Shown piece after piece: positions 1 through 9,849 of a stretch of DNA of 29,712 bases (its first letter is position 1; every line of letters begins with the position of its first letter). The DNA lies in IMG/VR virus record IMGVR_UViG_3300024251_000026, positions 1 through 29,712 of that record. One strand, given 5' to 3'. A program made the position numbers and the translations under genes. The notes below the pieces were generated by a model. It made no database searches. It had not been told where the DNA came from and saw nothing but the letters and a program-made list of their open reading frames with translations. Source of the DNA: a virus. Lineage: Duplodnaviria; Caudoviricetes.

Positions 1-39
1 TATTGCTTTATATAGCAATCAAAGTTACTTTCCCGAAAA

Positions 40-1557
40 CTAAGGAAGCGGAATACTTGGAAGACCCAGAGCTTTAGCAGTTTTGTCAGCGACATAGCCA
101 ATTCCAGCGGATTTCCAAGGGTTATTTTCAATCCATTTAAATACTTTACTTACCCCACCTGTCTTATCTACTTTTATTTTAGATAAGATATTTTCTTTTG
201 CCGTGTACATATCGGTCATACTGGAAAAAGCTTTGGCTGAAGTTTCATCAAGTCCCGTAGCAACGCTATGGGTTGCGTCAGCCAAGACTGAACGGTTTTG
301 TAACCAAATAGCTTTTTGGGCTTGGAGAACATCAGAAGACATAGAGTTAGCACTTTTTACACTTTGAGGCACACTGGCATCATATCTTTGCGTTGTTTCC
401 CATAAGTCCTGCATAGTTTGATTACCGGATTTTTGTAAATAATTCTGTTCAAAATTTGCTTGCAGTTTTTCTACATTAACATTCCCTGGCGTATAAGGGT
501 CTGCTAGCTGTTTGGCTTTAACAGCCTGCCAACTCTCGTTTAAAGTATTTAAAGTTTCGTCCGTTACAGGGGTTTTTTTCATCACGGGAATTAACGAATC
601 CCGAAGTGCCATGCCGTTTTTATTAAGAGCTTGGAATAACTGAGGCTGGCTCATCTTGTCAGCATTAGGGATTTGCTCTTTAATAGTTTGGGCAGCTTGG
701 GTGACCTTATCAGAGGGAATCACGGTATCAGGCGTACCACTTCTTAATAAGGTTGGGTCTTGGCCTTCAATTAAGCGACCTTCTTTTAAGGCTAATTTGG
801 TTTCTTTGGGTGTCATTTTTGGGGAAATATTATCAGCAATCGTACTAACAGCTTTTCTGTCACTGGCTGAACTAGCTACATCCCTAACATTTTGGGTCAT
901 ATCTGCAATAGCATTGCCTGTTTTTTTCAATCCCTTAAGCGCAGGGTCAACTAACTCTCCAGCTAAGCTTACATTTCCAATCGCATCTACGGCATTTAAA
1001 GCTTGGCCGCCTATTTGTTTTGCCGCTTCTTTTCCTTTTCCCAACGGAGCAACATCCACTCCTAGTTGCTTTTGGGATTTTTGGATATTGGTTTCAATCG
1101 CACTGGTCTTTGTATTAATAGGTTGAGTTGGTGAAGCTAAAGGTGTTGCCGTCCCTCCTGCATTTTTCCTAGTTGGATTACCAGTATCTACTGCTGTATC
1201 ATAACCAGGGTTTTTAAATTCATTGGAAGTTTGTACTCCTGCCTGGGCTGTCCTTGTGCCTGCATCAGCCAACAATTTTTGTTCAGGTTTAACAAAAATA
1301 TCTCCTAAAGCATCCCGGGTGCCACTAAAAATGTGACTAAAAGGATTGGTACCAGGAGCTTTACTATAATCCATTTGTTTGGCTCCTGCTTTAGTTGGTT
1401 GGACAAATTGGGTATTTCTAGTTTTTGGATTAAAAGGCGACTGGCTGGGTTGTTTTGCATCTGGAACAAAACCAGTTAGTTTACTTTGAAAAGCCTGGGT
1501 CACTGAAGGTGGCTCTTGAGTTGGAAAACCCTTATTAGAATCGGGAATAAAAGGCAT
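40..1557 (-). CDS. Probable DNA ejection/injection (internal virion) protein, 505 aa
   Basis: Ala/Gln/Lys/Thr-rich, probably helical protein at the distal end of a podovirus-type tail module; coupled to the upstream gene by a TAATG overlap; function inferred from position only. Confidence 0.55.
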   Translation of the reverse strand: MPFIPDSNKGFPTQEPPSVTQAFQSKLTGFVPDAKQPSQSPFNPKTRNTQFVQPTKAGAKQMDYSKAPGTNPFSHIFSGTRDALGDIFVKPEQKLLADAGTRTAQAGVQTSNEFKNPGYDTAVDTGNPTRKNAGGTATPLASPTQPINTKTSAIETNIQKSQKQLGVDVAPLGKGKEAAKQIGGQALNAVDAIGNVSLAGELVDPALKGLKKTGNAIADMTQNVRDVASSASDRKAVSTIADNISPKMTPKETKLALKEGRLIEGQDPTLLRSGTPDTVIPSDKVTQAAQTIKEQIPNADKMSQPQLFQALNKNGMALRDSLIPVMKKTPVTDETLNTLNESWQAVKAKQLADPYTPGNVNVEKLQANFEQNYLQKSGNQTMQDLWETTQRYDASVPQSVKSANSMSSDVLQAQKAIWLQNRSVLADATHSVATGLDETSAKAFSSMTDMYTAKENILSKIKVDKTGGVSKVFKWIENNPWKSAGIGYVADKTAKALGLPSIPLP

Positions 1558-3506
1558 TAAGGTATTTTAGTATATTTAGAAGAATCAAACTCGCTTAAGG
1601 GTATGGTGCCTGTTTGACCAGTAGCATTATCTTTAACATGTACTGTTCCTGAATTATCTGTACTACCCCCAATTCCTGAATAATTATTAACTAAACTGGT
1701 GGCTTCATCCGCTGTCGCAGTCTTAGCGTTCATAGCACTGGTTTGGATAGTGTCAGCTAAACCTAAATATTGGTCGGGAGTTAAACCTAAAGGAATAGCA
1801 TCTTTAGCACTTTGGGCAAAGAACTGCCCGCCCCTGCCTCCTGCTACTGAAGTTTGCATAGCGGCGTAATCACTTCTAACGGTTTGAATTAATTCAATAT
1901 AATTAGCCGCATCTACAGAACCAAACTTACTTTCGGCATGAGCTTTCCCAGCGGTTAAATCAGCTTCGGTAATTCCTAAATTCCCAACCTGTCCTGCTAG
2001 TTGTGCCAGTCTTGGAAACTGGGTAACTAAACTAGAGGCGGTAGTATCAATTTTAGCTACACGGTCAATAATAGACCCAGCGGCTTTAGAATTAGCTTTG
2101 TAAAGAGTGGAAATTTGGTTTATATCCATGCCCATACTATCAGCTAATTGGCCTGCGTAATTAACAATGGCGTTGCGTTTTGCTTGGGTATCTTTAGAAG
2201 AACCTAATCCTAGGGCAGGCATCTTCCCGCTATTAGCCAAGTAGAGTTTGGCGGCATTAGCTAAACCATTAAAAGACAAGCCACCCCAATTTGCATTAGC
2301 TGCATTTTTATCTGTAATAGCGGATGCATCTATTGGAGTATAAGAGGTTGGACTTCCGCCACCACTTCCCGCAGGGGGAGCAATATAAGTTTCTTTGTGG
2401 TAAATTTTGCTGTTGGCTAACTTGGCTTGGGCAACTTCTTGGGTATCATTTAATTTAATTCCTGCATCAGGGTATTTGGCTGCCAGTTGGGATACAAATT
2501 GCTGTTCGTCTATTTTAGCTTTGGAAAAATCCGTTACCAAACCTTTTTGGTAAGCTTCCTCAAAACTAGAAACCCCAGCGGCCTTAAAGAACGATGCAGG
2601 GTCTGAGAATGGCTGGCCTGTAGCGGCATCAAAGAACTGGCCATTTTTATTTACATACTTGGTAGTAATTCCAGCAGTTAACGCTAACTGCACATTGTCT
2701 TTGGCTTGGGCTTTTTCTTCATCTAGTTTCTTGGCTTGGTCATTTAAAGCTCGTTCCTGGTCAGCTAATATTTTTTGTTGGGCTAAGGCTTGCGTACTGT
2801 GCTGGGCATCAAGTCTAGGTTTCAATGCATCTAACTGAGCTAATTTAGTCTTAATGTTATCCTCAATAGTCGAATAACGGGCATCTACTGCATCATGTGC
2901 GGTTTTGGTAGCCAGGGCCAAGTCACCTTGTTTGGCTTGAATTTGGGCAGTAACCATGCCAATATCAGCAGCGCGGGCTTTAGTTAGTCCAGCGTTTTGA
3001 GCAGCTAGCACAGCAGAAGTTTCCACGCTACCATTACCCCCTAAATTAGCCTGCATCTGGTCAAAAGACGCAGTCATGGTTTTCAGTTTGTTATTTAAAG
3101 CAGTAAGGTCAGCATTGGCCTGGGTCGCTCCTGAAGCTTTTTCTGCGTCTAGGTAGGCTTGAGCTTTACCACTATCTTGTCCGGTTAGGGTAGCCACATC
3201 ATTTAACAACCCTTGGTTTTGGGTATCTAATGGGGTATCAGAAGGAGTTAAAGACTGGGTCACTTGGTCAACAGTCTGTTTAGCTCCAGCCACAATCGCT
3301 CCTGAGGTATCAGGTGAAGTGACTGTCGGAACAGGCGTGGGAGTATTGTTAAAAGCCTGTGCTGGACTCATCACAGTTGGAGTCGTTGAACCTAGGGCAT
3401 TAGGATTAGACGCTAAATAACTTGCGTTATCCGTTGCTGTTTGGGACGGGTTGTTATCAACCGCTTGTACTGCCTTATTTCCTGCTTGTATCAAAGGGTC
3501 GGCCAT
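1557..3506 (-). CDS. Probable DNA ejection/injection protein, 649 aa
   Basis: Ala/Gln-rich coiled-coil composition; lies after the nozzle, like P22 gp7/gp20/gp16-type genes. Confidence 0.55.
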   Translation of the reverse strand: MADPLIQAGNKAVQAVDNNPSQTATDNASYLASNPNALGSTTPTVMSPAQAFNNTPTPVPTVTSPDTSGAIVAGAKQTVDQVTQSLTPSDTPLDTQNQGLLNDVATLTGQDSGKAQAYLDAEKASGATQANADLTALNNKLKTMTASFDQMQANLGGNGSVETSAVLAAQNAGLTKARAADIGMVTAQIQAKQGDLALATKTAHDAVDARYSTIEDNIKTKLAQLDALKPRLDAQHSTQALAQQKILADQERALNDQAKKLDEEKAQAKDNVQLALTAGITTKYVNKNGQFFDAATGQPFSDPASFFKAAGVSSFEEAYQKGLVTDFSKAKIDEQQFVSQLAAKYPDAGIKLNDTQEVAQAKLANSKIYHKETYIAPPAGSGGGSPTSYTPIDASAITDKNAANANWGGLSFNGLANAAKLYLANSGKMPALGLGSSKDTQAKRNAIVNYAGQLADSMGMDINQISTLYKANSKAAGSIIDRVAKIDTTASSLVTQFPRLAQLAGQVGNLGITEADLTAGKAHAESKFGSVDAANYIELIQTVRSDYAAMQTSVAGGRGGQFFAQSAKDAIPLGLTPDQYLGLADTIQTSAMNAKTATADEATSLVNNYSGIGGSTDNSGTVHVKDNATGQTGTIPLSEFDSSKYTKIP

Positions 3507-3507
3507 A

Positions 3508-3738
3508 TTATGGATGTCTTAATAATCCTAGTTTAATTAATGCTGTTTCAATATCTGCAATTCGGGCTTTGTTATTATTTATAACATCCTTAGCAGTACC
3601 GTTATAAGTTCCACCAGCTGAACCCGTTGCTCCTAAAGTTAAAGCTGGCTGGGGAGCATGAAAAATATTCTTGCCTTGGGTTTTATCCTCCACGCCAGTC
3701 TTTTCGTAAGTTACATCATTTTTTAATGAATCATTCAT
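3508..3738 (-). CDS. Small virion protein (tail/fibre-associated), 76 aa
   Basis: ORF tightly packed in the tail module; C-terminal short coiled coil (ARIADIETALIKLGLL). Confidence 0.5.
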   Translation of the reverse strand: MNDSLKNDVTYEKTGVEDKTQGKNIFHAPQPALTLGATGSAGGTYNGTAKDVINNNKARIADIETALIKLGLLRHP

Positions 3739-3742
3739 AAAA

Positions 3743-5248
3743 TTACAAATCTACGTTAGCGTCATCACTTGGAGTCCCGTAAGTTGCAACTCTTTGCAAG
3801 GAAGCTCCTGTTGCGGTTACTCCAACAATTATATCTTCAAGCTTATTAGGTTGGTTAGTCGTTGTGCGTACTGGATTAAATTTCAAAGTCTGCTTAGCCC
3901 CTACTTGAGCGTAGGTTTTAATCTCGGAACTTATTAAGTCATTACCACCATTACCATAAGCTACAACCTGAACTTGCTGTCCTGACGCAAGCTTTTGGCC
4001 TAAAACAACTTTAGTGTAATCGTATGTATGAGGTTGTCCCATATTAACATCTAAGCTGGTAACACTTACGCTGCCTCTTGTAGAACCGACATTAAAAAAC
4101 CACAAAGCAGGGTTATCATTGCCTAGAATAAAATTTTTACCAGAAACCAATAAAGCTTGAGAAACACCATTCACTCCCTGGGTTGAGTAAGGGACGTAAA
4201 AAATCTTTTGCTGTCCGGTTATAGGGTTCCCGTAAGCGTAAATATAAAAATTAGTATTCACTGAACCGTCTACCCAATACAAAGAACCTTTAGTGTAAAC
4301 AATCTGTTCGGCGTTAATAGGTTTTCCCATTCTCGCTAGTGTAGTAGTCGGAAAGGGACGAATCATTTTTGGGAAAGTCGCAACATTTAAAATCCAAATA
4401 CCATTATAAGTAACCATTTGGATAGTATTGCCTTCAACAACCTTAGCTCCAATTATATAAGAATCGCTAAACTCCCAAATAACATCACAAACAATTCTTC
4501 CATTAGCATCAGTCTGAACCATATCCCAGAAATAAACTTTGCATTTAAAAGAACCTGTCGTTCTATCTGCTGCGTCTTGAGCATTGTTATCAGCAAAAAT
4601 AACTAAGTATCTTCCATCGTTAACTATGTCTCTAACAACAAAATCTGAGTCAATTAAATGAGTAGAACCACTAGGGGCAGTCGCTGATGTTAAAACTCCA
4701 ATATTTCCCACCATTCCAAAATATAAATTGCCATCAGCACCCTCGCAGAATCTAAACATAAAACTTCCTGCTACAGATTCAGCCCCAAAAGTAGTCGCCA
4801 CATCATAAAGAAAAACATCATTATTCCAAGCAGGAGCGTTACCGTTTATATAATAATGAGTTGTGGCATTCCCATAAGTTACATAAACATTCCTGCCTTG
4901 GTAGGTTGTTAGTCCGTTGTGATTAATCGCTGTACCAAAAGGTAAGTGTTGGTCAATGCCAGCAGTCTGGTCGGTCACTGTGTAGGGTGAATTTTGTAAA
5001 ACTTGATAAATTTTAGTCTGAGTAAGCACATTAATATACCCCACTCCAGAAATATTAATACTGGTCATAAATTTGGGAGTAGTCGCTAAGCTTTTGCTAT
5101 CAGGGACAAGTGAAGGCAACGCTAGCCCTCCTTGCTCAAAAGGGTCGCAACCCAGAAAAGACTCAAAAAGACCGCCCATAGGTACATTGGGTTGGGCTGA
5201 TTGTCCTTTCATCCAGTCTAAATTTTTATACTCAAGTATTTTTGACAT
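3743..5248 (-). CDS. Probable tail nozzle / tail tubular protein (beta-rich), 501 aa
   Basis: Aromatic, beta-strand-rich sequence; size and position after adaptor and fibre fit a podovirus nozzle. Confidence 0.55.
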   Translation of the reverse strand: MSKILEYKNLDWMKGQSAQPNVPMGGLFESFLGCDPFEQGGLALPSLVPDSKSLATTPKFMTSINISGVGYINVLTQTKIYQVLQNSPYTVTDQTAGIDQHLPFGTAINHNGLTTYQGRNVYVTYGNATTHYYINGNAPAWNNDVFLYDVATTFGAESVAGSFMFRFCEGADGNLYFGMVGNIGVLTSATAPSGSTHLIDSDFVVRDIVNDGRYLVIFADNNAQDAADRTTGSFKCKVYFWDMVQTDANGRIVCDVIWEFSDSYIIGAKVVEGNTIQMVTYNGIWILNVATFPKMIRPFPTTTLARMGKPINAEQIVYTKGSLYWVDGSVNTNFYIYAYGNPITGQQKIFYVPYSTQGVNGVSQALLVSGKNFILGNDNPALWFFNVGSTRGSVSVTSLDVNMGQPHTYDYTKVVLGQKLASGQQVQVVAYGNGGNDLISSEIKTYAQVGAKQTLKFNPVRTTTNQPNKLEDIIVGVTATGASLQRVATYGTPSDDANVDL

Positions 5249-6375
5249 TAGACTATTGTGAGTACTCCTGCGTTATTATAAATATCACCTGTTGAAAGCC
5301 CAGAAGAACCTGTCGCAAGTCCTGATATATTTAAACGGCCCCTATGTCCACTCGCACCACCAGAACTTAATACCATATTTATATTGCCTCCATTAGACCC
5401 AGTTCCGCCACCGCTAGCATGTCCAGGAGTAATAGTTATAGCCCCCCCAGCTCCACTTACAGTTCCCCCATTACCAGCGACGAGAGTTAAAGCACCACCA
5501 TTACCAATTACTCCAGTATTAACATCACCAGCACTTACTGTTACAGCCCCACCGTTACCAGCAACCGAATTCGACCCACCTAAGCCAGCACTAATACTAA
5601 CTGTGCCACCATTTCCACCACCAGCACCAGCAACCAAAGTAGTCGCACCGCCAGTAGTCGTACCACTGCCACCGTCTTGGGCACCTAAATGTAAATCTCC
5701 ACCAGGACTATTTGCGCCACCATAACCCGCAAAAACAAATACATCCCCACCATCTCCACTTGTAGCACCCCCGTCACCAGCGGTGAGGGAAACGGAACCG
5801 CCATTGCCATTTCCATTACCGATACCAGCATCTATCTCAACCGCACCACCATCGCCATCTCCACCAATTGTTTGTCCTGCGGTTATTAAAACGTGTTGAC
5901 CATTATTATCTCCATAACTGTTCCCAGCGGTAATTTCAATCTTGCCACCGACTCCGTCGCCTGCGACTGGAACGTCACTAGCATTTAGGAATATGCTTCC
6001 TCCATTGCCACTTGTAGAACCAGGTATTCCAGGGTTTAACACGATTGGTGAAGCATTGCCTGTAGCACCAGTAGCACTGGGTGTTGCGATAGTCGCTAAG
6101 GCAACACCAGCGGCCTCTACCTTACCTAAAGTTAGTTTGTAATTAACATCGGCTGTTTCGGTATATTTAAAAAAGTCACTTCCTCCAAAGCTTCCTGCAT
6201 CATTAAACTGAATATCCGTATCATTCCCTGCGGGAGGCGTACTTGCACCTGCATTCAAATTAGAAACTTTAATTTTCTTTGTACTTCCGTCCCCTGCCAC
6301 GTCAACAATAGGCAGCAAATCATTAGCAGATGTGCTACTAAGTTCACTCAAATCAGTTATTCGTTGGTCAGCCAT
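5248..6375 (-). CDS. Gly-rich tail fibre/spike-like protein, 375 aa
   Basis: N-terminus MADQRITDLSEL...DLLPIVD and a DIQFNDAGSFGG motif typical of phage fibres; about 14 GG-x-h-x-h-x-AG repeats. Confidence 0.7.
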   Translation of the reverse strand: MADQRITDLSELSSTSANDLLPIVDVAGDGSTKKIKVSNLNAGASTPPAGNDTDIQFNDAGSFGGSDFFKYTETADVNYKLTLGKVEAAGVALATIATPSATGATGNASPIVLNPGIPGSTSGNGGSIFLNASDVPVAGDGVGGKIEITAGNSYGDNNGQHVLITAGQTIGGDGDGGAVEIDAGIGNGNGNGGSVSLTAGDGGATSGDGGDVFVFAGYGGANSPGGDLHLGAQDGGSGTTTGGATTLVAGAGGGNGGTVSISAGLGGSNSVAGNGGAVTVSAGDVNTGVIGNGGALTLVAGNGGTVSGAGGAITITPGHASGGGTGSNGGNINMVLSSGGASGHRGRLNISGLATGSSGLSTGDIYNNAGVLTIV

Positions 6376-6569
6376 TAGTGTCTAATATCTAAAGTTAAAT
6401 TATTGTTTGAAATAATAATCTTTCCACCATTTTCCTGAAGTAAGTAAAAACCGTCTTCTTTTAGTAAGTAAGCCAAGCTGCGGTTATCATTACTAAAAGT
6501 AGCGTTAGAACTTCTTGCATTACTAGTTAGGGTTCCTGTGTGCCTTGTGTCATTAGTAAATGTTGGCAT
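6375..6569 (-). CDS. Small virion-associated protein with LLxEDG/LLQENG motif, 64 aa
   Basis: YLLKEDGFYLLQENGGKI motif recurrent in phage structural proteins; abuts both neighbours. Confidence 0.6.
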   Translation of the reverse strand: MPTFTNDTRHTGTLTSNARSSNATFSNDNRSLAYLLKEDGFYLLQENGGKIIISNNNLTLDIRH

Positions 6570-7343
6570 TTAACGTGGGTTTCTATAAATTGGTCTTAAG
6601 CGTTTAGCTTGGGGAACTCGGAATGAGTAATGCTCAACAATATTGTCTACAATCCCAGGGACGTTAGCGTAACGAGTTCTAATACCGTAGATTTCGTTTT
6701 TTAAATCATTCACTAAGTCCTGTTTATAAAGTTTGGCATACTCAAGAGCGGCTAATTTGGCAATAACTTCGTGAAAAGCCGAGTCAAAACCTGGCTCTAA
6801 ACTATCAGTTCCTGTAGTTGCAAAATCAGTTTTGGCGTCCCTATAATATTCCACATAAACATTTGCCCCTGCCGTAACCTGAGCAGCGGTGAATTTTGGA
6901 TAAATGTTAATCCCAGCGGCAGTTGCGTCATATCTAGGGGTGGACTGGGAAAAGAGTTGGTCCACATTCGGGTCAGCTTTTACTTTCCAAAAATCTGGGT
7001 CAGCAGTATCAATCGGTAAAGCTTTGGTGTAGTTAGTCCCGTCATAGCAAATCCCCACAGTCTTGAGTTTCAGCATCTTTAAAGTCGGGTCAAATTCATA
7101 GTCCCGATTAGTAGTGCCAGTAAAAGTCCCAGAGGGGAAAGTTGTGTAATTGGCATCGTCAAAATCAAACCCATCCTCAGAGTTTAAAATCCACCTTATG
7201 ACCTTTTTGTGGGCAACGTTAGCCCAGCGGGTGAATTGCTGGAAAAGCGTGGTATTGCCTGTAATCCCTGTAGCTCCTAAGCCACATTCGTCTTCCATTT
7301 CCTGAACTAAGCCTTGTCTGGTTGAAGTGTCATTCCACTGCAT
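6570..7343 (-). CDS. Head-tail adaptor / head completion protein, 257 aa
   Basis: First gene of the tail module; helix-beta-helix layout with PGFDSAFHEVIA, typical of podovirus adaptors. Confidence 0.65.
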   Translation of the reverse strand: MQWNDTSTRQGLVQEMEDECGLGATGITGNTTLFQQFTRWANVAHKKVIRWILNSEDGFDFDDANYTTFPSGTFTGTTNRDYEFDPTLKMLKLKTVGICYDGTNYTKALPIDTADPDFWKVKADPNVDQLFSQSTPRYDATAAGINIYPKFTAAQVTAGANVYVEYYRDAKTDFATTGTDSLEPGFDSAFHEVIAKLAALEYAKLYKQDLVNDLKNEIYGIRTRYANVPGIVDNIVEHYSFRVPQAKRLRPIYRNPR

Positions 7344-7359
7344 TTGATTTGTTTAGTAT

Positions 7360-7389
7360 AAAAAAAGGACAGCTCTTTGCGAGCTGCCC
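7360..7389 (-). terminator. Intrinsic terminator/attenuator in the tail-module leader
   Basis: GGGCAGCUC-GCAAA-GAGCUGUCC stem followed by U7. Confidence 0.8.
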
Positions 7390-7403
7390 AGTTATCCTGC
7401 GGC
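7386..7403 (-). promoter_or_regulatory. 18-nt antiterminator-like hairpin (copy B)
   Basis: GCC-G-CAG-GAUAA-CUG-GGC; overlaps the terminator 5' strand by 4 nt; covaries with the copy at 22046-22063. Confidence 0.7.
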
Positions 7404-7419
7404 TATTTAATATACTGTT

Positions 7420-7448
7420 ATTATAGCAAGAAAACTACTTAGAGGCAA
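7420..7448 (-). promoter_or_regulatory. Sigma70-type promoter for the tail module
   Basis: TTGCCT-N17-TATAAT with extended -10 TGc. Confidence 0.7.
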
Positions 7449-7971
7449 GTTTTTTGCGCCTAGCTTCTTTCCAATCATCGAGGTGGCTGAAAATATCAAT
7501 GACCACTTCGCCGTTTTCCAAGCGAATGTCGGAAAAATCTTCAAATTCGTCAGTTAATAAAGGTTTGGCCACTTTTTGAGTTAAGGGGATAATCAGGTCT
7601 TTAAATTTCTGAATCTTTAAACCTAACTTATTTCGTTCAGTTTCCCAAGCTTCTTTAACTTTTTTCTTTTCTTCGTACTTTAAGGCAAAAGCAGGGTCAA
7701 CTTCTTTCTTAAGTTTAGCGTAAATTTGCTTTTGAATCTCTTCCATTTTAGCCATTAAGACTTTCAGTTCGTCTGTGGTTTTGGCGGCTTCATCTTCAAA
7801 TTCCTTTAAATCTATAGCCTTTTCTGCCACCTGGATTTCTTCGTCAATCTTTTTCATGTCTGCCTCAAGAGTTTCAATTTCTTCAGACATTTCTCGTCCC
7901 TGAATCACAGCCTCAGTTTTTTTCTCTAATAATTGTTTAAGTTTGGCATGCTCTATGACAATTGTGCGCAT
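7435..7971 (-). CDS. Coiled-coil hypothetical protein (start revised to MRTIVIEH)
   Basis: Glu/Lys-rich heptads; ATG at 7971 gives a short overlap with the upstream gene. Confidence 0.7.
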   Translation of the reverse strand: MRTIVIEHAKLKQLLEKKTEAVIQGREMSEEIETLEADMKKIDEEIQVAEKAIDLKEFEDEAAKTTDELKVLMAKMEEIQKQIYAKLKKEVDPAFALKYEEKKKVKEAWETERNKLGLKIQKFKDLIIPLTQKVAKPLLTDEFEDFSDIRLENGEVVIDIFSHLDDWKEARRKKLASK

Positions 7972-8483
7972 TGTTGTTGAATTAATTTTAAAGTTTCCCA
8001 ATGTTCATTAGTAGTATACATCCTGCCAGAAGAAGAGGCTGTTGGTAAATGTTTAATCTCTATAACAATAGAATTAAACGGCTGATTTAAATAAGTAAAT
8101 ACCCTGTCCGCTTCCCGTAAAAATAAAGGACTCACTCCAAACTTATCTAGGTAACGGCTAAAGTTTAACATGGACTTAGGAAACAACGCACCCCAACCTA
8201 TTAGAGTCATGCCACAGGCAGCGTAAAACTGCTGGTGGCCTGCGGAAATAAAGTTAGTTAATTGACCGTTATACTTGGTTTTTAGCAAATCTACATCTAC
8301 CAAACAATCATCATCCTGTAAATAGATTACCTCATTTTTGGCCTGTTGGGCTAGTTCATAGCGAGCTAAAATACTCGGACATTCGGTTTTAATTAGGATT
8401 TCGTCAAACTTTCCTAATAAAGAATCCAAGACCTCTTTGGGGTATTCTTTTTCCTTGGTGATAAGCACAGCGGTAATTTTCAT
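7953..8483 (-). CDS. GT-A fold glycosyltransferase (GT2/GT64-like), 176 aa
   Basis: MKITAVLIT N-terminal strand and IYLQDDDCLV DxD motif. Confidence 0.65.
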   Translation of the reverse strand: MKITAVLITKEKEYPKEVLDSLLGKFDEILIKTECPSILARYELAQQAKNEVIYLQDDDCLVDVDLLKTKYNGQLTNFISAGHQQFYAACGMTLIGWGALFPKSMLNFSRYLDKFGVSPLFLREADRVFTYLNQPFNSIVIEIKHLPTASSSGRMYTTNEHWETLKLIQQQCAQLS

Positions 8484-9034
8484 ATAAAGTGATCGTTTAA
8501 ATGTATATCTTCAAAAGTATTGTTTAGAATAAAATTGGCTAAAGCATTATAATCAAACCATTTAGGGATTTTTAAGTGTCCAGGACCCACTTCCTCCAAG
8601 GATTTATCTTTAAAATTAGGAATATCGTCTTTGTTCACAAAAATATGATTAAGGGTTTGAAACTGTTGCTTAAGTTCAGGCTTAAAACCATTAAACATTT
8701 GCATATCCGACCAGACAAATAGTGGCTTTGTGAGTCTTTGTTTTCTGCGGTTAAACTTTTCTAATAAGTGATTAACTCCTTTGCTTTCGTGCGGCCAGTG
8801 AATTTCAATGTCCCCTAAAAACATCACTGGGGTATGGTCATAATCAAGTTTGGTCATGGGCAATAAGGGAGTATCAAACCTTGGTTCTTGATTGATGTAG
8901 TCGTCATAATTTAAGCAAAACTTCAGATACTGCTCATCGCTTTCAAATAATGAGCCAATAAACGGAGAATGATATTCCTGCTTGAGTTTCTTATATAAGA
9001 AATAAGCCAAACAATCGTTAGTTATATAGGTCAT
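8480..9034 (-). CDS. DUF1919-like polysaccharide-biosynthesis-associated protein
   Basis: ITNDC...Y..L...YHSPF and LGDIEIHWPH motifs resemble DUF1919. Confidence 0.7.
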   Translation of the reverse strand: MTYITNDCLAYFLYKKLKQEYHSPFIGSLFESDEQYLKFCLNYDDYINQEPRFDTPLLPMTKLDYDHTPVMFLGDIEIHWPHESKGVNHLLEKFNRRKQRLTKPLFVWSDMQMFNGFKPELKQQFQTLNHIFVNKDDIPNFKDKSLEEVGPGHLKIPKWFDYNALANFILNNTFEDIHLNDHFI

Positions 9035-9849
9035 ATCAACTCTAAAATCTCATCAATAGTATATTGTTCAACTTGGGAAGAATTTAGTCCGCCTTCTATA
9101 ATAATTTCGTGTATATTTTCACTATCTTCCAGCCCAGTAACTTTAACGGGGATATGCTTTAAACCTCCATATTTCTCAACCATAGCGTTAAGTAAATCTC
9201 CCATTCGGATAGACTTCATCTCGGTAATATAGGGAAGAGAGTCTTTAGCTTTATCAAGGCATTCAAATATTAAATCTACTGCATGTTCAACCGACCAAAA
9301 AAACCTTGTTGCATCAGGATTGCTAATAGTTACTTCTTTGCCTTCCAAAATTGCTTTTTTCCATCTAGGCAAAACCGAACCTGTAGAATAAAGCACATTC
9401 CCATATCTTACTATCCGATATTTAGTATCAGGATTAAATTTTGCGTACTCAGTAAATAAGCGTTCCATTAAAAACTTCGTGGTCCCGTACACGCCCTTAC
9501 GGGAAGCGGCCTTGTCAGTACTAATCCCGATAATAAACTTAGGTTTATACTTTCTGGTAGCCTCTAAGAGGGCTATTGGGATATTAATTCCAATCGTTTG
9601 TTTAACGTTCTGCTCGGCAAGACCAACGTGTTTTAGGGCCGCTAAATGATACACAGCATCGACCCCTTGCATCGCCTTATCGCAAGTATAGGGGTCTGTA
9701 ATATCCCCAACCATTAATTCTACATGAGGAAATTTTTCTTTAAGTTCAACAAGTCGTCCCTCATTACGAGCGAGAACTCTTGTTTTTCCCTCTAATCTTG
9801 ATATCAATTCATGTCCAAGAAAACCACTACCACCAGTTACTAAATTCAT
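9031..9849 (-). CDS. UDP-GlcNAc 4,6-dehydratase (PseB/FlaA1/CapD-like)
   Basis: GGSGFLG, AALKHV, STDKA, YGTTK, RYGNVLYSTGSV and TRFF motifs. Confidence 0.9.
   Translation of the reverse strand: MNLVTGGSGFLGHELISRLEGKTRVLARNEGRLVELKEKFPHVELMVGDITDPYTCDKAMQGVDAVYHLAALKHVGLAEQNVKQTIGINIPIALLEATRKYKPKFIIGISTDKAASRKGVYGTTKFLMERLFTEYAKFNPDTKYRIVRYGNVLYSTGSVLPRWKKAILEGKEVTISNPDATRFFWSVEHAVDLIFECLDKAKDSLPYITEMKSIRMGDLLNAMVEKYGGLKHIPVKVTGLEDSENIHEIIIEGGLNSSQVEQYTIDEILELI

Noticed and set aside
2-43. Possible 3' end of a convergent plus-strand gene (IALYSNQSYFPEN-stop)
   Set aside because: Only 14 codons visible at the window edge; cannot be supported
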